Assembly (NCBI GenBank): GCA_902556105.1 | Contig: CACDUZ010000005.1 | Coordinates: 4,747 to 68,746 of the forward strand | Direction: 5' to 3' | DNA from: an uncultured SAR86 cluster bacterium | GTDB taxonomy: Bacteria > Pseudomonadota > Gammaproteobacteria > Magnimaribacterales > D2472 | Length of the DNA: 64,000 nt | Part shown: positions 1 to 9,612 of the stretch, one piece after another | How positions within the stretch are numbered: position 1 is the first letter of the stretch | How the letters are laid out: every line of letters begins with the position of its first letter | Notes under the pieces: model-generated | What the model was told of the DNA's origin: nothing | Database searches by the model: none | Seen by the model: the letters and a program-made list of their open reading frames with translations, nothing else | Program-made: the position numbers and the translations under genes

Positions 1-311
1 ATGTTTGTTATTGGCTAACACTTATGTCACCCTCACAAAATGTTAAAGTTCAAGACCTTCCTACTGAAGTAAAAGAATTTGAAATAACTGATATTCCCTC
101 TTCATCATGGGAGGATGGTATGCAAAATTGGTTAAAAAATGTATCAATGAATATTGAATCGGGTCTCTCTGAAATAGCAATAACAAAAATAGAAAAGATG
201 CTCATAAGAACAGCTTTAGAGAGATCTAATGGTAAAAAGAATGATGCTGCACAGATATTAGGCTGGGGACGAAATACTTTGTCAAAAAAGATGAAGGAGC
301 ATGGTATTTAA
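1..311 (+). CDS. C-terminal fragment of an NtrC-family (sigma-54-dependent) response regulator with Fis-type HTH; 5' end lies outside the window
   Basis: The frame stays open from nt 3 up to the listed ATG at 24, so the gene probably starts upstream of the window. The C-terminus LIRTALERSNGKKNDAAQILGWGRNTLSKKMKEHGI is the Fis-type HTH that ends NtrC-like activators. Confidence 0.6.
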   Translation, partial: VCYWLTLMSPSQNVKVQDLPTEVKEFEITDIPSSSWEDGMQNWLKNVSMNIESGLSEIAITKIEKMLIRTALERSNGKKNDAAQILGWGRNTLSKKMKEHGI

Positions 312-712
312 ACTAATGGCAGGTTATCCATTTTCCATTGATTTATCCCGCCTCTTAGAATAAATATATTTTCAAACCCTTCTTTCTTTAGGCTTTCTCC
401 AGCATTTGGAGAGATGCTTCCCATATCACATACTAAAACAATAACTTTATTTTTATCATTAATTTCATTTGATCTTCTTATTAAGTCATTTGAGGGTATA
501 TTTTTTGAATTAGTTATATGCCCTGAATCAAATGAATCAGAATCTCTTAAATCAATAATAAATGCCTCATCATTATTTGATAGGCTAATTAGAGTCTGAG
601 GGGAAATCTTTTTTCCTCCTTTGTTGGCATTAGATATCAAAAAAAGCACTACCACCACTATCAATGGTATAGATAAATAGAAGTGCTCAATTAAGAAATT
701 AATTAGTTCCAT
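308..712 (-). CDS. Membrane-anchored single-domain rhodanese (YibN-like sulfurtransferase)
   Basis: N-terminal TM helix (LSIPLIVVVVLFLI) followed by a rhodanese fold: IIDLRDSDSFDSGHI, active-site loop context VLVCDMGSIS, GGINQW. Confidence 0.75.
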   Translation of the reverse strand: MELINFLIEHFYLSIPLIVVVVLFLISNANKGGKKISPQTLISLSNNDEAFIIDLRDSDSFDSGHITNSKNIPSNDLIRRSNEINDKNKVIVLVCDMGSISPNAGESLKKEGFENIFILRGGINQWKMDNLPLV

Positions 713-759
713 TGATGTATTATCTATTAAAATGGAACGGATTAATAAAAAAAATATAA

Positions 760-1389
760 ATGAAAAAAAGAAACTTAATTTTAGTTCGTCATGGTCAAAG
801 TGAATGGAATGAAAAGAATCTTTTTACTGGCTGGGAAGATCCTGGTTTAACTGAAAAAGGTTCTAACGAAGCAAAACAAGCTGGGGTATTAATTAAAGCT
901 CTTGATATAGAATTTGATTATTTGTTTACCTCTGCTCTAATAAGGGCACAGTTAACAGGCTCAATAATTTTAAAAAATATTAACCAAAAAAATCTCAGAA
1001 CAATTGAAAATAAAGCTTTAAATGAAAGATTTTATGGAGATCTTCAAGGCTTAAATAAGGACGAATGTAGAAAAAAGTGGGGTGAAGAAAAAGTACAAAT
1101 ATGGAGAAGGTCATATGACAAAGGTCCACCCGGCGGAGAAACATTGAAAGAAACTGGAGAAAGAGTTCTTCCTTATTACTTAAATGAAATCTATCCATTA
1201 ATTTTAAAAGATATGAATATTCTCATTGCAGCACATGGCAACTCACTTAGATCATTAATAAAGTATTTAGATCAAATCTCTGACGAGGACATAGTTAAGT
1301 TAGAAATACCAACTGGTGCTCCAATTCATTATTCATTCGATGAGAGTGGGTCTGTAGAAAGTAAAGTACATTTAATTGAAAACTCTTAA
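760..1389 (+). CDS. gpmA: 2,3-bisphosphoglycerate-dependent phosphoglycerate mutase, short form
   Basis: [10 protein letters not shown] phosphohistidine motif, [27 protein letters not shown]. Confidence 0.9.
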   Translation: MKKRNLILVRHGQSEWNEKNLFTGWEDPGLTEKGSNEAKQAGVLIKALDIEFDYLFTSALIRAQLTGSIILKNINQKNLRTIENKALNERFYGDLQGLNKDECRKKWGEEKVQIWRRSYDKGPPGGETLKETGERVLPYYLNEIYPLILKDMNILIAAHGNSLRSLIKYLDQISDEDIVKLEIPTGAPIHYSFDESGSVESKVHLIENS

Positions 1390-2395
1390 ATCACAAAATA
1401 AAAGTTTTTCTCAGGAAATATATACTTGGTATTCATTATTTGGGAGAAATAATTTACCTTGGAGAAAAAATATCTCTCCTTACAGGGTTTGGATTTCTGA
1501 AATCATGCTCCAACAAACACAGGTCAAAACTGTGATTCCATTTTTTAATAAATTCATAAAAAAATATCCAACCTTAAAATCGATTGCATCTGCTTCTGAA
1601 GATGACATCCTTGCTCTATGGACGGGTCTAGGTTTTTATAGAAGAGCAAAAAACATTTATAAAACTAAAGAAATAATAAAAAATGATTTTAAAAATAGAT
1701 TTCCAAAAAATTTTGATGAGTTAATTCTTCTTCCTGGTATAGGGAGATCAACAGCAGGAGCAATAATGTCAATTGCTTATCAAGAGTCTTATCCAATATT
1801 AGATGCAAATGTAAAAAGAGTTATATCAAGGTATAAAAAGATTGACTTGAATGGTAAAGATTGTACAAAACAATTGTGGCTAACATCTGAAGAACTAACA
1901 CCAGAAGTAAATATTTTTGAATATACTCAAGGGATTATGGACTTGGGTGCGACTGTCTGCACTTCAAAATCACAGGATTGTATGCGATGCCCAGTTAATA
2001 AGAATTGTAAAAGTGCTTACGAGGATATTAATACTCGACCTAAGGTTAAAAAAGAAAGGTCTAAAAAAAAGATTTACTTTACCTTAGCTCATTCAAATGA
2101 TTCTTTCTTACTTTTTAAAAAAAATGAAAAAAGTTTTTGGGAAAGTCTCTGGGTTCCATATGATACAAATGGATTAAAAGGAAATGATATATTCAAAGAG
2201 CCGGCTAATAAAAAAATCACAAATATTAATCATCTCTTATCTCATATGGAATTAGATATTACTGTTGAAATAGTTGACTATAAAACTCCATTTAAAGTTA
2301 AAACAAACTTAGAACATGAATGGATTAGCAAAGACCAAATTCATAATTATGGTTTACCAAAACCTATTATGACTATAATAGAAAATCATGGCTAA
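1376..2395 (+). CDS. mutY: A/G-specific adenine DNA glycosylase
   Basis: HhH-GPD motif ([13 protein letters not shown]), Fe-S cluster loop C-x6-C-x2-C-x5-C ([17 protein letters not shown]) and a C-terminal NUDIX-like domain. TTG start at 1376 overlaps the end of gpmA. Confidence 0.9.
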   Translation: MKTLKSQNKSFSQEIYTWYSLFGRNNLPWRKNISPYRVWISEIMLQQTQVKTVIPFFNKFIKKYPTLKSIASASEDDILALWTGLGFYRRAKNIYKTKEIIKNDFKNRFPKNFDELILLPGIGRSTAGAIMSIAYQESYPILDANVKRVISRYKKIDLNGKDCTKQLWLTSEELTPEVNIFEYTQGIMDLGATVCTSKSQDCMRCPVNKNCKSAYEDINTRPKVKKERSKKKIYFTLAHSNDSFLLFKKNEKSFWESLWVPYDTNGLKGNDIFKEPANKKITNINHLLSHMELDITVEIVDYKTPFKVKTNLEHEWISKDQIHNYGLPKPIMTIIENHG

Positions 2396-2657
2396 AAAAA
2401 TATTTTGTAAAAAGCTAAACAAAGAGCTAACTGCCTTATCTATGCCTCCAATGCCAGGGCCAAAAGGCCTAGAGATTATGAATTCTATTTCTGAGGAAGC
2501 TTGGGAGTTATGGAAATCTCATCAGACTACATTAATTAATGAAAAGCATTTAGATATGTCTGATGCTGAAAATAGGAAATGGTTAATAGAACAAATGGAC
2601 AAATTTTTTAATAATGAGGATTATGAAAAGGCCTCGGGCTTCAAAGCTTTAGACTAA
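2388..2657 (+). CDS. yggX: Fe(2+)-trafficking / oxidative-damage protection protein YggX
   Basis: 89 aa; [10 protein letters not shown]...PMPGPKG...WLIEQMDKFF is typical of YggX. Conserved position directly after mutY, with an 8-nt overlap. Confidence 0.9.
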   Translation: MAKKIFCKKLNKELTALSMPPMPGPKGLEIMNSISEEAWELWKSHQTTLINEKHLDMSDAENRKWLIEQMDKFFNNEDYEKASGFKALD

Positions 2658-2697
2658 AAAACTATAACTTTTTGTATCTAAATTATCTTATTTAAGT

Positions 2698-2721
2698 GAG
2701 CTCAAAGCTCCAATTTTTTTT
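2698..2721 (+). terminator. Putative weak intrinsic terminator after yggX
   Basis: GAGCT-CAA-AGCTC 5-bp stem, followed 2 nt later by a run of eight T. Confidence 0.4.
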
Positions 2722-2809
2722 GCTTCAAAATCATTAAATATTTTGATTTACAAAGTAAAAAAAATAACGTTTAATTTAAGAAGTTTCGTATCTTTAAGGG
2801 GCACAAAGT

Positions 2810-5413
2810 ATGACTGAAACCAAAAACTCTAAATTCCCAACTGAAGCAGATGTAGTGATTGTAGGCGTTGGAGGTATTGTTGGTTCAATGCTTGCATATT
2901 GGTTAGCAGAATTTGGACAAAAAAATATTGTTGGATTGGAAAAATCCTCTGTAATTCCATCAGATATAGCCTCTACAGCTCATGCTTCTGATTTTGTTTA
3001 CAACACCACACACGACAAATTAGGCTGTTGGACAACAGATTTTAGTAGAAAATTTTATGAAGATAATGGCTTTTTCTTAAAAAAAGGTGGTTTAGAGATT
3101 TGTAGAAAAGATGATGATGCGCGCTGGGAAGAGCTTAAAAGAAAAGTGTCTTCAGGAAAGGCTTTTGGAACAAATATCAGGCTTATTTCTGCTGCTGAAG
3201 CTAAAGAAAAATTTCCTCTTTTAGACGAAGAATCTATTCGTGGTGCTATGTGGGATCCAGATGCTGGCTTGGTAACACCCCGCTCTCAGGATGTAGTAAG
3301 TTTTGCTGTGGAAACTGCAAAAGATAAAGGTGCTCTAAAAACATTTACCGACACTCCTGCAATTGATTTTGAAGTTGAAGATGGCCGTATTGTTGGAGTA
3401 AAAACTGATAAAGGAACAATTAAAACTGATAAAGTTGTCATTGCATCAGGAATTTGGGGCCCATTAATGGGTAAAAAAGCTGGAGTTCCTGTTCCATTGA
3501 TGCCACTAGAACATCCACTTTTATTCTTTGGACCACTTCCTGAAGCTCAAGGTGCTGAAGACTTCCTAGTGTATCCACTGCTTAGAGATCAAGGTAATTC
3601 TGCTTATGTTAGAGATACAGGAAGGCTCCATGGTGGAATGCTTGAATGGGGATTTTATGAAGATAAGAATCCTAGGTTAGTTGATCCTGAAGATATTGGA
3701 AATCCAGAAAAAACAATGGGTTCAGATTCAATGAGATATCTAGATCTTGAAGAGGTAGCTGAACCTCTGGAGAAGGCATTTGAGACAACTCCAATATTAA
3801 ATGAGTTAGGTTGGGATGAAAAAAGTTCATTTAATGGTCTCTTGTCAGTTACACCAGACGCAGGATCTTTAATAGGAGAAAGTCCTGAAGTAAGAGGATT
3901 CTGGTTATGTGAAGCGGTTTGGGTTAAAGATGGTCCTGGGTGTGCAAGATTGTGTGCTGAATCTATGGTTTATGGTAAGACTCAAGTAGATATGCATTCT
4001 TTTGATATAGCTAGATTCTATCCAGAACAAAAGGAAAAGGAATTCGTTAAAACAAGAGCTTTTGAAAATTCTCAAACTATTTATACCCCTGCGGTTCATC
4101 CAAGAGAGCCATATATCAGCAGTAGAGAGAAATATGTAAGTCCTTTTTATGAAAGAGAAAAAGAGCTTGGTGGTTTCTTTGATAACGAGGTTGCCTGCTG
4201 GGAAAGAGCGCTCGCTTATAAAAGCAACGAACAAAAGCTTGATAAGTATTTAAAAGAGGTCCCTATAAGGGAAGATGAATGGGATCATCGTCATGTACCT
4301 TATGAAATTGCTAATGCAGAACATCTTGCTATGAGTGATTCAGTTGGCATGATAAATCTTTCTCATTTTCCTATTATGGATATCAAGGGGCCGGATGCGG
4401 AACGTATGCTGGAATATCTTTCTGTTGCTAAAATTGGCAGTAATACTCCTGAAGGCAAGGTTATTTATACTAATTTTCTTGATGAGGATGGTGGTGTTCA
4501 TGCGGACCTAACAATCTCACGATTAGGTTCAGATAGTTATCGAATAGTTACAGGCGGTGCTGATGGAAATCGTGACTGGGTATTATTAAGAAATTATCGT
4601 GATGATAATGGACTAAATGCTGATATAAATATTAGAACTCATGACATTGCGACTTTAGGTCTTTGGGGTCCTGAGGCTCAGAAGGCTTTAGGTAATTTCA
4701 TTGATCCTAATGAAATCAACATTGAGAACTTCCCATTTGTTAGCGCTAAAAATCTTACTCTTAATTTATCTGGTGGAAAAAAGATTGATGTTTGGGCAGC
4801 GCGTATTTCCTATGTCGGGGAAAGTGGATGGGAGATCTATTTAAATAATAATAGTGAAGATGGTTTAGCTTTATATGATTCACTGCTTGAAGTTGACGTT
4901 GTTCCTGTTGGAATTGAGACCTATGCAAATAGTAGAAGACTTGAAAAAAGCTTTAGACTTCAAGGTGCTGATCTCGAAACAGAATATAATGCTATTGAAG
5001 CTGCTATTCAAAGACCATTAGTCAAAGAAGCTGATTTTCATGGAAAGGCGGCTCATCTATCGCATAGAGAAGAAGATCCATGTGCTGTTCTTTGTACAAT
5101 GACATTAGACAATCTGAATGTGTCCAGCAAAACTAGATACCCTGTTGGTATCTCTCCAATTATTGACCCTGTTACAGGCGAAGTACCAATTGATAGCAAG
5201 GGTCGAAGATCTTATACAACGGGAATGTCTTATTGCCCTTCTATCAAAAAATTTGTAGTTATGGGTTATTTGCCTAAAGAAATTGCTCTTAAAGGAAAAT
5301 CTCTTTTAATTGAGTACTTTAATGAGGATGGCGACGGTTTATATCCTATGACAGTTCAAATAGTTGGCAAGGGATCTCTTTATGATCCTACTAACGAAAG
5401 AGTTCGTGCTTAG
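2810..5413 (+). CDS. FAD-dependent oxidoreductase fused to a GcvT-like aminomethyltransferase domain (dimethylglycine/sarcosine dehydrogenase family)
   Basis: N-terminal dinucleotide fold VVIVGVGGIVGS and a His-containing STAHAS where DMGDH-type enzymes carry the flavinylated His. The C-terminal ~400 aa are GcvT-like (folate-binding). RBS AAGGGG lies upstream of the ATG. Confidence 0.8.
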   Translation: MTETKNSKFPTEADVVIVGVGGIVGSMLAYWLAEFGQKNIVGLEKSSVIPSDIASTAHASDFVYNTTHDKLGCWTTDFSRKFYEDNGFFLKKGGLEICRKDDDARWEELKRKVSSGKAFGTNIRLISAAEAKEKFPLLDEESIRGAMWDPDAGLVTPRSQDVVSFAVETAKDKGALKTFTDTPAIDFEVEDGRIVGVKTDKGTIKTDKVVIASGIWGPLMGKKAGVPVPLMPLEHPLLFFGPLPEAQGAEDFLVYPLLRDQGNSAYVRDTGRLHGGMLEWGFYEDKNPRLVDPEDIGNPEKTMGSDSMRYLDLEEVAEPLEKAFETTPILNELGWDEKSSFNGLLSVTPDAGSLIGESPEVRGFWLCEAVWVKDGPGCARLCAESMVYGKTQVDMHSFDIARFYPEQKEKEFVKTRAFENSQTIYTPAVHPREPYISSREKYVSPFYEREKELGGFFDNEVACWERALAYKSNEQKLDKYLKEVPIREDEWDHRHVPYEIANAEHLAMSDSVGMINLSHFPIMDIKGPDAERMLEYLSVAKIGSNTPEGKVIYTNFLDEDGGVHADLTISRLGSDSYRIVTGGADGNRDWVLLRNYRDDNGLNADINIRTHDIATLGLWGPEAQKALGNFIDPNEINIENFPFVSAKNLTLNLSGGKKIDVWAARISYVGESGWEIYLNNNSEDGLALYDSLLEVDVVPVGIETYANSRRLEKSFRLQGADLETEYNAIEAAIQRPLVKEADFHGKAAHLSHREEDPCAVLCTMTLDNLNVSSKTRYPVGISPIIDPVTGEVPIDSKGRRSYTTGMSYCPSIKKFVVMGYLPKEIALKGKSLLIEYFNEDGDGLYPMTVQIVGKGSLYDPTNERVRA

Positions 5414-5469
5414 CCAATAGACTAATGACAACGCTTATAAACTTGCCTATAATCCAAAGTTCATTTTAA

Positions 5470-5545
5470 GCCCAGATAGCTCAGTTGGTAGAGCAAAGGA
5501 CTGAAAATCCTTGTGTCGGTGGTTCGATCCCACCTCTGGGCACCA
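5470..5545 (+). tRNA. tRNA-Phe (anticodon GAA), CCA encoded
   Basis: 76 nt. Cloverleaf by hand: acceptor GCCCAGA/TCTGGGC, D-arm GCTC-AGTTGGTA-GAGC, anticodon stem AAGGA/TCCTT with loop CTGAAAA, T-arm GGTGG-TTCGATC-CCACC, terminal ACCA. Close to E. coli tRNA-Phe. Confidence 0.97.
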
Positions 5546-5588
5546 TTAAATATTAGAAAATTTAATTTAAATATACTAATATTTAATT

Positions 5589-6065
5589 ATGAAAATGTTA
5601 ATTCTTACATATTTAGTTTCACTGAGCCTATTAGCAGGTGATTTGTATAACGAAATATTAGTTGATGAGTTTACTGATGAAGAAAGTGTTGCATTAACTT
5701 TTTCAGCTGATGAAGATAACGAAATATTCCGTAAATGGGGTCAAATTGTATGTAATGAAGGCTCTTTGTTGATTGGGATTGAAGATACAGATTCATGGCA
5801 TTTTGAAGATTCCATTAGAATAAAGTTTAGATTTGATAAGAATCAGCCATTTGAAAGGACATTTAAATTTGATACAGATTCATCATTTGCTTATTCATAC
5901 TCTGAGGAAATAATATTCACAGTTCTTGATGAATTAAGAGGCTCTGGGAGTTTTATAATTCAACTAGAGGAAGCTGATGTTCCAATGCGATTTACCAATA
6001 TTTATGATTCTGAAAGAAAGGTGGCTAAATTTTTAGATACTCTCATTAGCAAGTCTGATTGCTAA
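5589..6065 (+). CDS. Hypothetical secreted protein
   Basis: N-terminal signal-like segment MKMLILTYLVSLSLLAG followed by an acidic soluble domain. No family recognised. Confidence 0.5.
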   Translation: MKMLILTYLVSLSLLAGDLYNEILVDEFTDEESVALTFSADEDNEIFRKWGQIVCNEGSLLIGIEDTDSWHFEDSIRIKFRFDKNQPFERTFKFDTDSSFAYSYSEEIIFTVLDELRGSGSFIIQLEEADVPMRFTNIYDSERKVAKFLDTLISKSDC

Positions 6066-6139
6066 GAAAAGACTGAAAGTAATTATTATTTAAAATAAAA
6101 CTATCTTTGTTTTAACATAAAGAAAGTTACAATATATTC

Positions 6140-7117
6140 ATGATATCAAAACTACAAAAACCTTTGGATTCCGGATTTAATTCTAAAACTCATGCTGATG
6201 AAATTACCAAAGATATCGACCTAACTGGAAAAATTGCAATTGTTACAGGGGGTTATTCTGGAATTGGTATTGAGACTACAAGAGCATTAATAAATTCAGG
6301 AGCTGAAGTAATTATTACTGCTAAAAGATCAGAAGTGGCCATTAAAAATCTTGAGGGAATTGTTTCTAAAGAGAATGTTATTGAAATGGATTTAAGTGAT
6401 TTAAATTCTGTTAAAAATTTTACTGACGGGTATAAAGAAAACTTTAATAGATTAGATTTATTAATTAATAATGCTGGAATTATGGCTTGTCCTGAGACAA
6501 GAATTGGTAATAACTGGGAAAGCCAAATTGCAATCAATCATTTTGGTCACTTCATGCTTACTAAAGAGCTGATGGATATGATGGCTGACAACGATGGAGC
6601 AAGATTTGTAAGTCTTTCATCATCAGCCCATTCACTTACAGGAATGCTATGGGATGATATTCATTTTCTTAATAGTCCATATGATAAATGGATGGCATAT
6701 GGGCAATCAAAAACTGCCTCTTCCTTGATAGCTATAGAGTTTGATAAATTGATGAAAGATAAAGGTGTTCGAGGTTTCTCAGTTCATCCTGGAGGAATTA
6801 TGACACCTCTTCAACGTCATTTACAAAATGAAGAAATGGTAACACTGGGTTGGATGAAGGAAGATGGATCTTTATCAGATCTTGCAAAAAATTTCTTTAA
6901 GACAACCAGTCAAGGCGCAGCGACAACTTTATGGTGTGCAACTAGCTCTAGCTTGAATAATATAGGTGGTGTTTTTTGTGAGGATTGTGATATTGCCAAA
7001 ATAAAATCTGAAGTTGATGAATCAATGCAAAGATACTTCGGTGTTGCTGATTGGGCTGTTGATATAGATGAAGCATCGAAGCTTTGGGAACTGACTGAAA
7101 AGACGCTTAAATCATGA
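6140..7117 (+). CDS. Short-chain dehydrogenase/reductase (SDR) family oxidoreductase
   Basis: VTGGYSGIGIET cofactor motif, NNAG, catalytic YGQSK. Confidence 0.85.
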   Translation: MISKLQKPLDSGFNSKTHADEITKDIDLTGKIAIVTGGYSGIGIETTRALINSGAEVIITAKRSEVAIKNLEGIVSKENVIEMDLSDLNSVKNFTDGYKENFNRLDLLINNAGIMACPETRIGNNWESQIAINHFGHFMLTKELMDMMADNDGARFVSLSSSAHSLTGMLWDDIHFLNSPYDKWMAYGQSKTASSLIAIEFDKLMKDKGVRGFSVHPGGIMTPLQRHLQNEEMVTLGWMKEDGSLSDLAKNFFKTTSQGAATTLWCATSSSLNNIGGVFCEDCDIAKIKSEVDESMQRYFGVADWAVDIDEASKLWELTEKTLKS

Positions 7118-8076
7118 ACGAAACCTTAAGCTTATATCCTCATATAGAGCCATATAACCATGGTTATATAGAAGTTGATGAACATAAAATCTACTTTGAA
7201 GAATGTGGTAACCCAAATGGTAAGCCAGCTGTATTTTTACACGGAGGTCCAGGTGGTGGTGGTAGTACAAGTGTAAGAAAATTTTTTAATCCTGATAGTT
7301 ACAGAATTATTATTTTTGATCAAAGAGGTTGTGGAAGAAGCGAGCCTCATGGATGCCTAACAAACAATACTACATGGGATCTTGTGGATGATATTGAGAA
7401 ACTAAGAATACAATTAAATGTAGATAAATGGCTGGTATTTGGAGGATCTTGGGGAAGTACTCTTTCTCTAGCTTATGCTCAAACCTATCCTGATTCAGTT
7501 TCAGAGCTTGTCTTAAGAGGAATATTTATGCTCAGAAAAAAAGAGCTTGATTGGTTCTATCAATATGGGGCAAGTAAAATATTTCCTGAAGCATGGGAAA
7601 AATTCTTAGAGCCAATTCCTGTAAACGAGAGAAATAGTCTTATGAGCGCTTATCATAAAATATTTTTAGGAGACGACGAAAATAAAAGACTAAAAGCAGC
7701 AATTGCATGGTCAATATGGGAAGGTTCGACAAGTTCAATAAGCTATAAACCAGAAATGGTTTCATCTTTTTCTGATCCAAAATTTGCTCTTGCATTTGCA
7801 TTGATTGAAAATCATTATTTTATGAATTTAGGGTTTCTAGATAATGAAGATCAACTTATTAAATCATCCAGCATAGATAAAATAAGACACATCCCTGCAA
7901 AAATTATTCAAGGAAGATACGACATGATTTGTCCTGTCGAAACTGCTTGGGAGTTATCTAAGAATTGGCAAGAAGCAGAATTAATCATTGCGCCCTCTTC
8001 CGGCCATAGCGCTTTTGAGAAAGAAATAACGCACCATCTTATAAGTGCAACAAATGAGTTTAGTCAGAATGTTTAA
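7114..8076 (+). CDS. pip: Prolyl aminopeptidase (proline iminopeptidase)
   Basis: HGGPGGG, FDQRGCGRS, nucleophile elbow GGSWGSTL, C-terminal SGHSAFE. ATGA overlap with the upstream SDR gene. Confidence 0.9.
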   Translation: MNETLSLYPHIEPYNHGYIEVDEHKIYFEECGNPNGKPAVFLHGGPGGGGSTSVRKFFNPDSYRIIIFDQRGCGRSEPHGCLTNNTTWDLVDDIEKLRIQLNVDKWLVFGGSWGSTLSLAYAQTYPDSVSELVLRGIFMLRKKELDWFYQYGASKIFPEAWEKFLEPIPVNERNSLMSAYHKIFLGDDENKRLKAAIAWSIWEGSTSSISYKPEMVSSFSDPKFALAFALIENHYFMNLGFLDNEDQLIKSSSIDKIRHIPAKIIQGRYDMICPVETAWELSKNWQEAELIIAPSSGHSAFEKEITHHLISATNEFSQNV

Positions 8077-8563
8077 TATTTCTTTTATTGGAATGCCTGG
8101 GTGTGGAAAATCAACACTAGGCAGTGCTATCTCAAAAGAACTTAATTTGAGCTTCGTAGATACCGATCTTCTCATTGAAAAAAAATTTGAGATGACATTA
8201 GAAGATGTAAAAAATAAATTTGGTTACCAATTTGTTAGATCATCAGAAGAGGAAATGATTCTCAGCTTAGACGCCTCTACACAAATAATTTCAACAGGTG
8301 GAAGTGCGATATATTCAGATCTATCAATGAAGCATCTAAAATCTTTTTCTAAAATTATTTATATAAATACATCGCTAGAAACAATTATTGAAAGGATTGA
8401 TCTAGGCCAAGAGAGAGGCCTTGCTGTTCCAGATGGTGTTTCAATTTCAGATGTTTATTCTGAAAGAAAGCCACTTTATGAAAGATTTGCGCAGAATACG
8501 ATTGATGGCTCTCTGCCTGTTGATGCTCTATTAAAATTAACTCAAGAAATGCTTAATGGTTAA
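8069..8563 (+). CDS. aroK: Shikimate kinase family protein
   Basis: P-loop GMPGCGKST, FVDTDLLIE, STGGSAIY. I prefer the ATG at 8069 (MFNISFIG...) over the listed 8045. It overlaps the pip stop by 8 nt. Confidence 0.7.
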   Translation: MFNISFIGMPGCGKSTLGSAISKELNLSFVDTDLLIEKKFEMTLEDVKNKFGYQFVRSSEEEMILSLDASTQIISTGGSAIYSDLSMKHLKSFSKIIYINTSLETIIERIDLGQERGLAVPDGVSISDVYSERKPLYERFAQNTIDGSLPVDALLKLTQEMLNG

Positions 8564-9227
8564 AAATATTCTAGTGGTTGGAGCTTCTGGTTTAGTTGGA
8601 AGCAATATTTTAGAACTACTTGAAGATGGAGATTCAAAAATAACTTTGTTAACAAGAAGAAAACTTGAAGATAAAGCTTATCTTAAGCAAATCATTTCAG
8701 AATTTAATAACATTGCTAAGCCTGATGAAATGGACTCCATCGATGAAGTCTATATAGCAATAGGTAAAAAACTTTCACTGTTTGAACTTATATATATTAA
8801 GAAAGAGGATAGAAAAGATTTTGAGATGGTTGATTTTGATTATATTAAGAATGTTGCATTATTTGCAAAACATTGTGGAGCAAAATCGGTCGCGCTAGTT
8901 TCAGCAATTGGTGCAAATAATAAATCCTCTAATATTTATCTTAACGTTAAAGGAAAAATTGAAAAAGAAATAATGTCATTAGGCTTTAAAAAAGTTGTCA
9001 TAGCGCAGCCAAGTCATCTTTTAGGTAAAAGACCTGACGAGCAAACTAATTATCTAATCTCATTATTTGAAAATATTACAAATATTTTAGGTAATCTAAT
9101 GATAGGTCCTTTGAAAAAATATAGGAATATATCTGCAGCACAAGTTGCGAATTCTCTTGTGTCAAAAATGAGCAGTGATGATGATGGGGTATATGTTCTT
9201 GATTTTGAGAATTTTAAAAACCAGTAG
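8556..9227 (+). CDS. NAD(P)H-binding (atypical SDR / NmrA-like) protein
   Basis: N-terminal Rossmann motif VVGASGLVGS; length and layout match NAD(P)-binding domain proteins. Confidence 0.65.
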   Translation: MVKNILVVGASGLVGSNILELLEDGDSKITLLTRRKLEDKAYLKQIISEFNNIAKPDEMDSIDEVYIAIGKKLSLFELIYIKKEDRKDFEMVDFDYIKNVALFAKHCGAKSVALVSAIGANNKSSNIYLNVKGKIEKEIMSLGFKKVVIAQPSHLLGKRPDEQTNYLISLFENITNILGNLMIGPLKKYRNISAAQVANSLVSKMSSDDDGVYVLDFENFKNQ

Positions 9228-9474
9228 TATTTTTCCTTTGTGTTCTGACTATTTTCTTTATTCCATTGCAGGCATTCAAAAGCCAAAAAGCATTAGCAAA
9301 AACAAAATAATATAAGCCAAGATACAGCTGAACAATTATTGCAAAAATACTTCCAGCTATCACTGCTGTTAGCCCTATTAGTCTCTTTTTTGCCTTTTTA
9401 GAAACAACAAGAGGTGCGGCTATCAGAGTACCGAAAAAAACACTTAATAATTGAATTATTTCTAAAATAGTCAT
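9214..9474 (-). CDS. Small three-TM membrane protein, unknown function
   Basis: Three hydrophobic helices separated by basic loops (SKKAKKR, KKIVRTQRK). ATG at 9474 is preferred over the listed GTG at 9486. No family recognised. Confidence 0.45.
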   Translation of the reverse strand: MTILEIIQLLSVFFGTLIAAPLVVSKKAKKRLIGLTAVIAGSIFAIIVQLYLGLYYFVFANAFWLLNACNGIKKIVRTQRKNTTGF

Positions 9475-9508
9475 ACTGATGAACACTCAGAATGTGTTCA
9501 TTAGTATG
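9472..9508. repeat. Inverted repeat with 15-nt arms (14/15 complementary) and a 7-nt spacer, covering both candidate start codons of the 9214..9474 gene
   Basis: CATACTGATGAACAC-TCAGAAT-GTGTTCATTAGTATG read directly from the sequence. Confidence 0.6.
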
Positions 9509-9612
9509 AATATCGGAGCATTATGCAGACTTAAATTTAAATGTAAATATTTTTTTTGAACTTTTTTAAAAAAGATGTAATCTAAATAGATATATTAAAT
9601 ATAGAGGAAGAA

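Noticed and set aside
3905-4234. A 109-aa antisense ORF inside the DMGDH-like gene.
   Set aside because: It is embedded in a continuous 867-aa ORF with clear domain motifs. It has no start context and no family resemblance.
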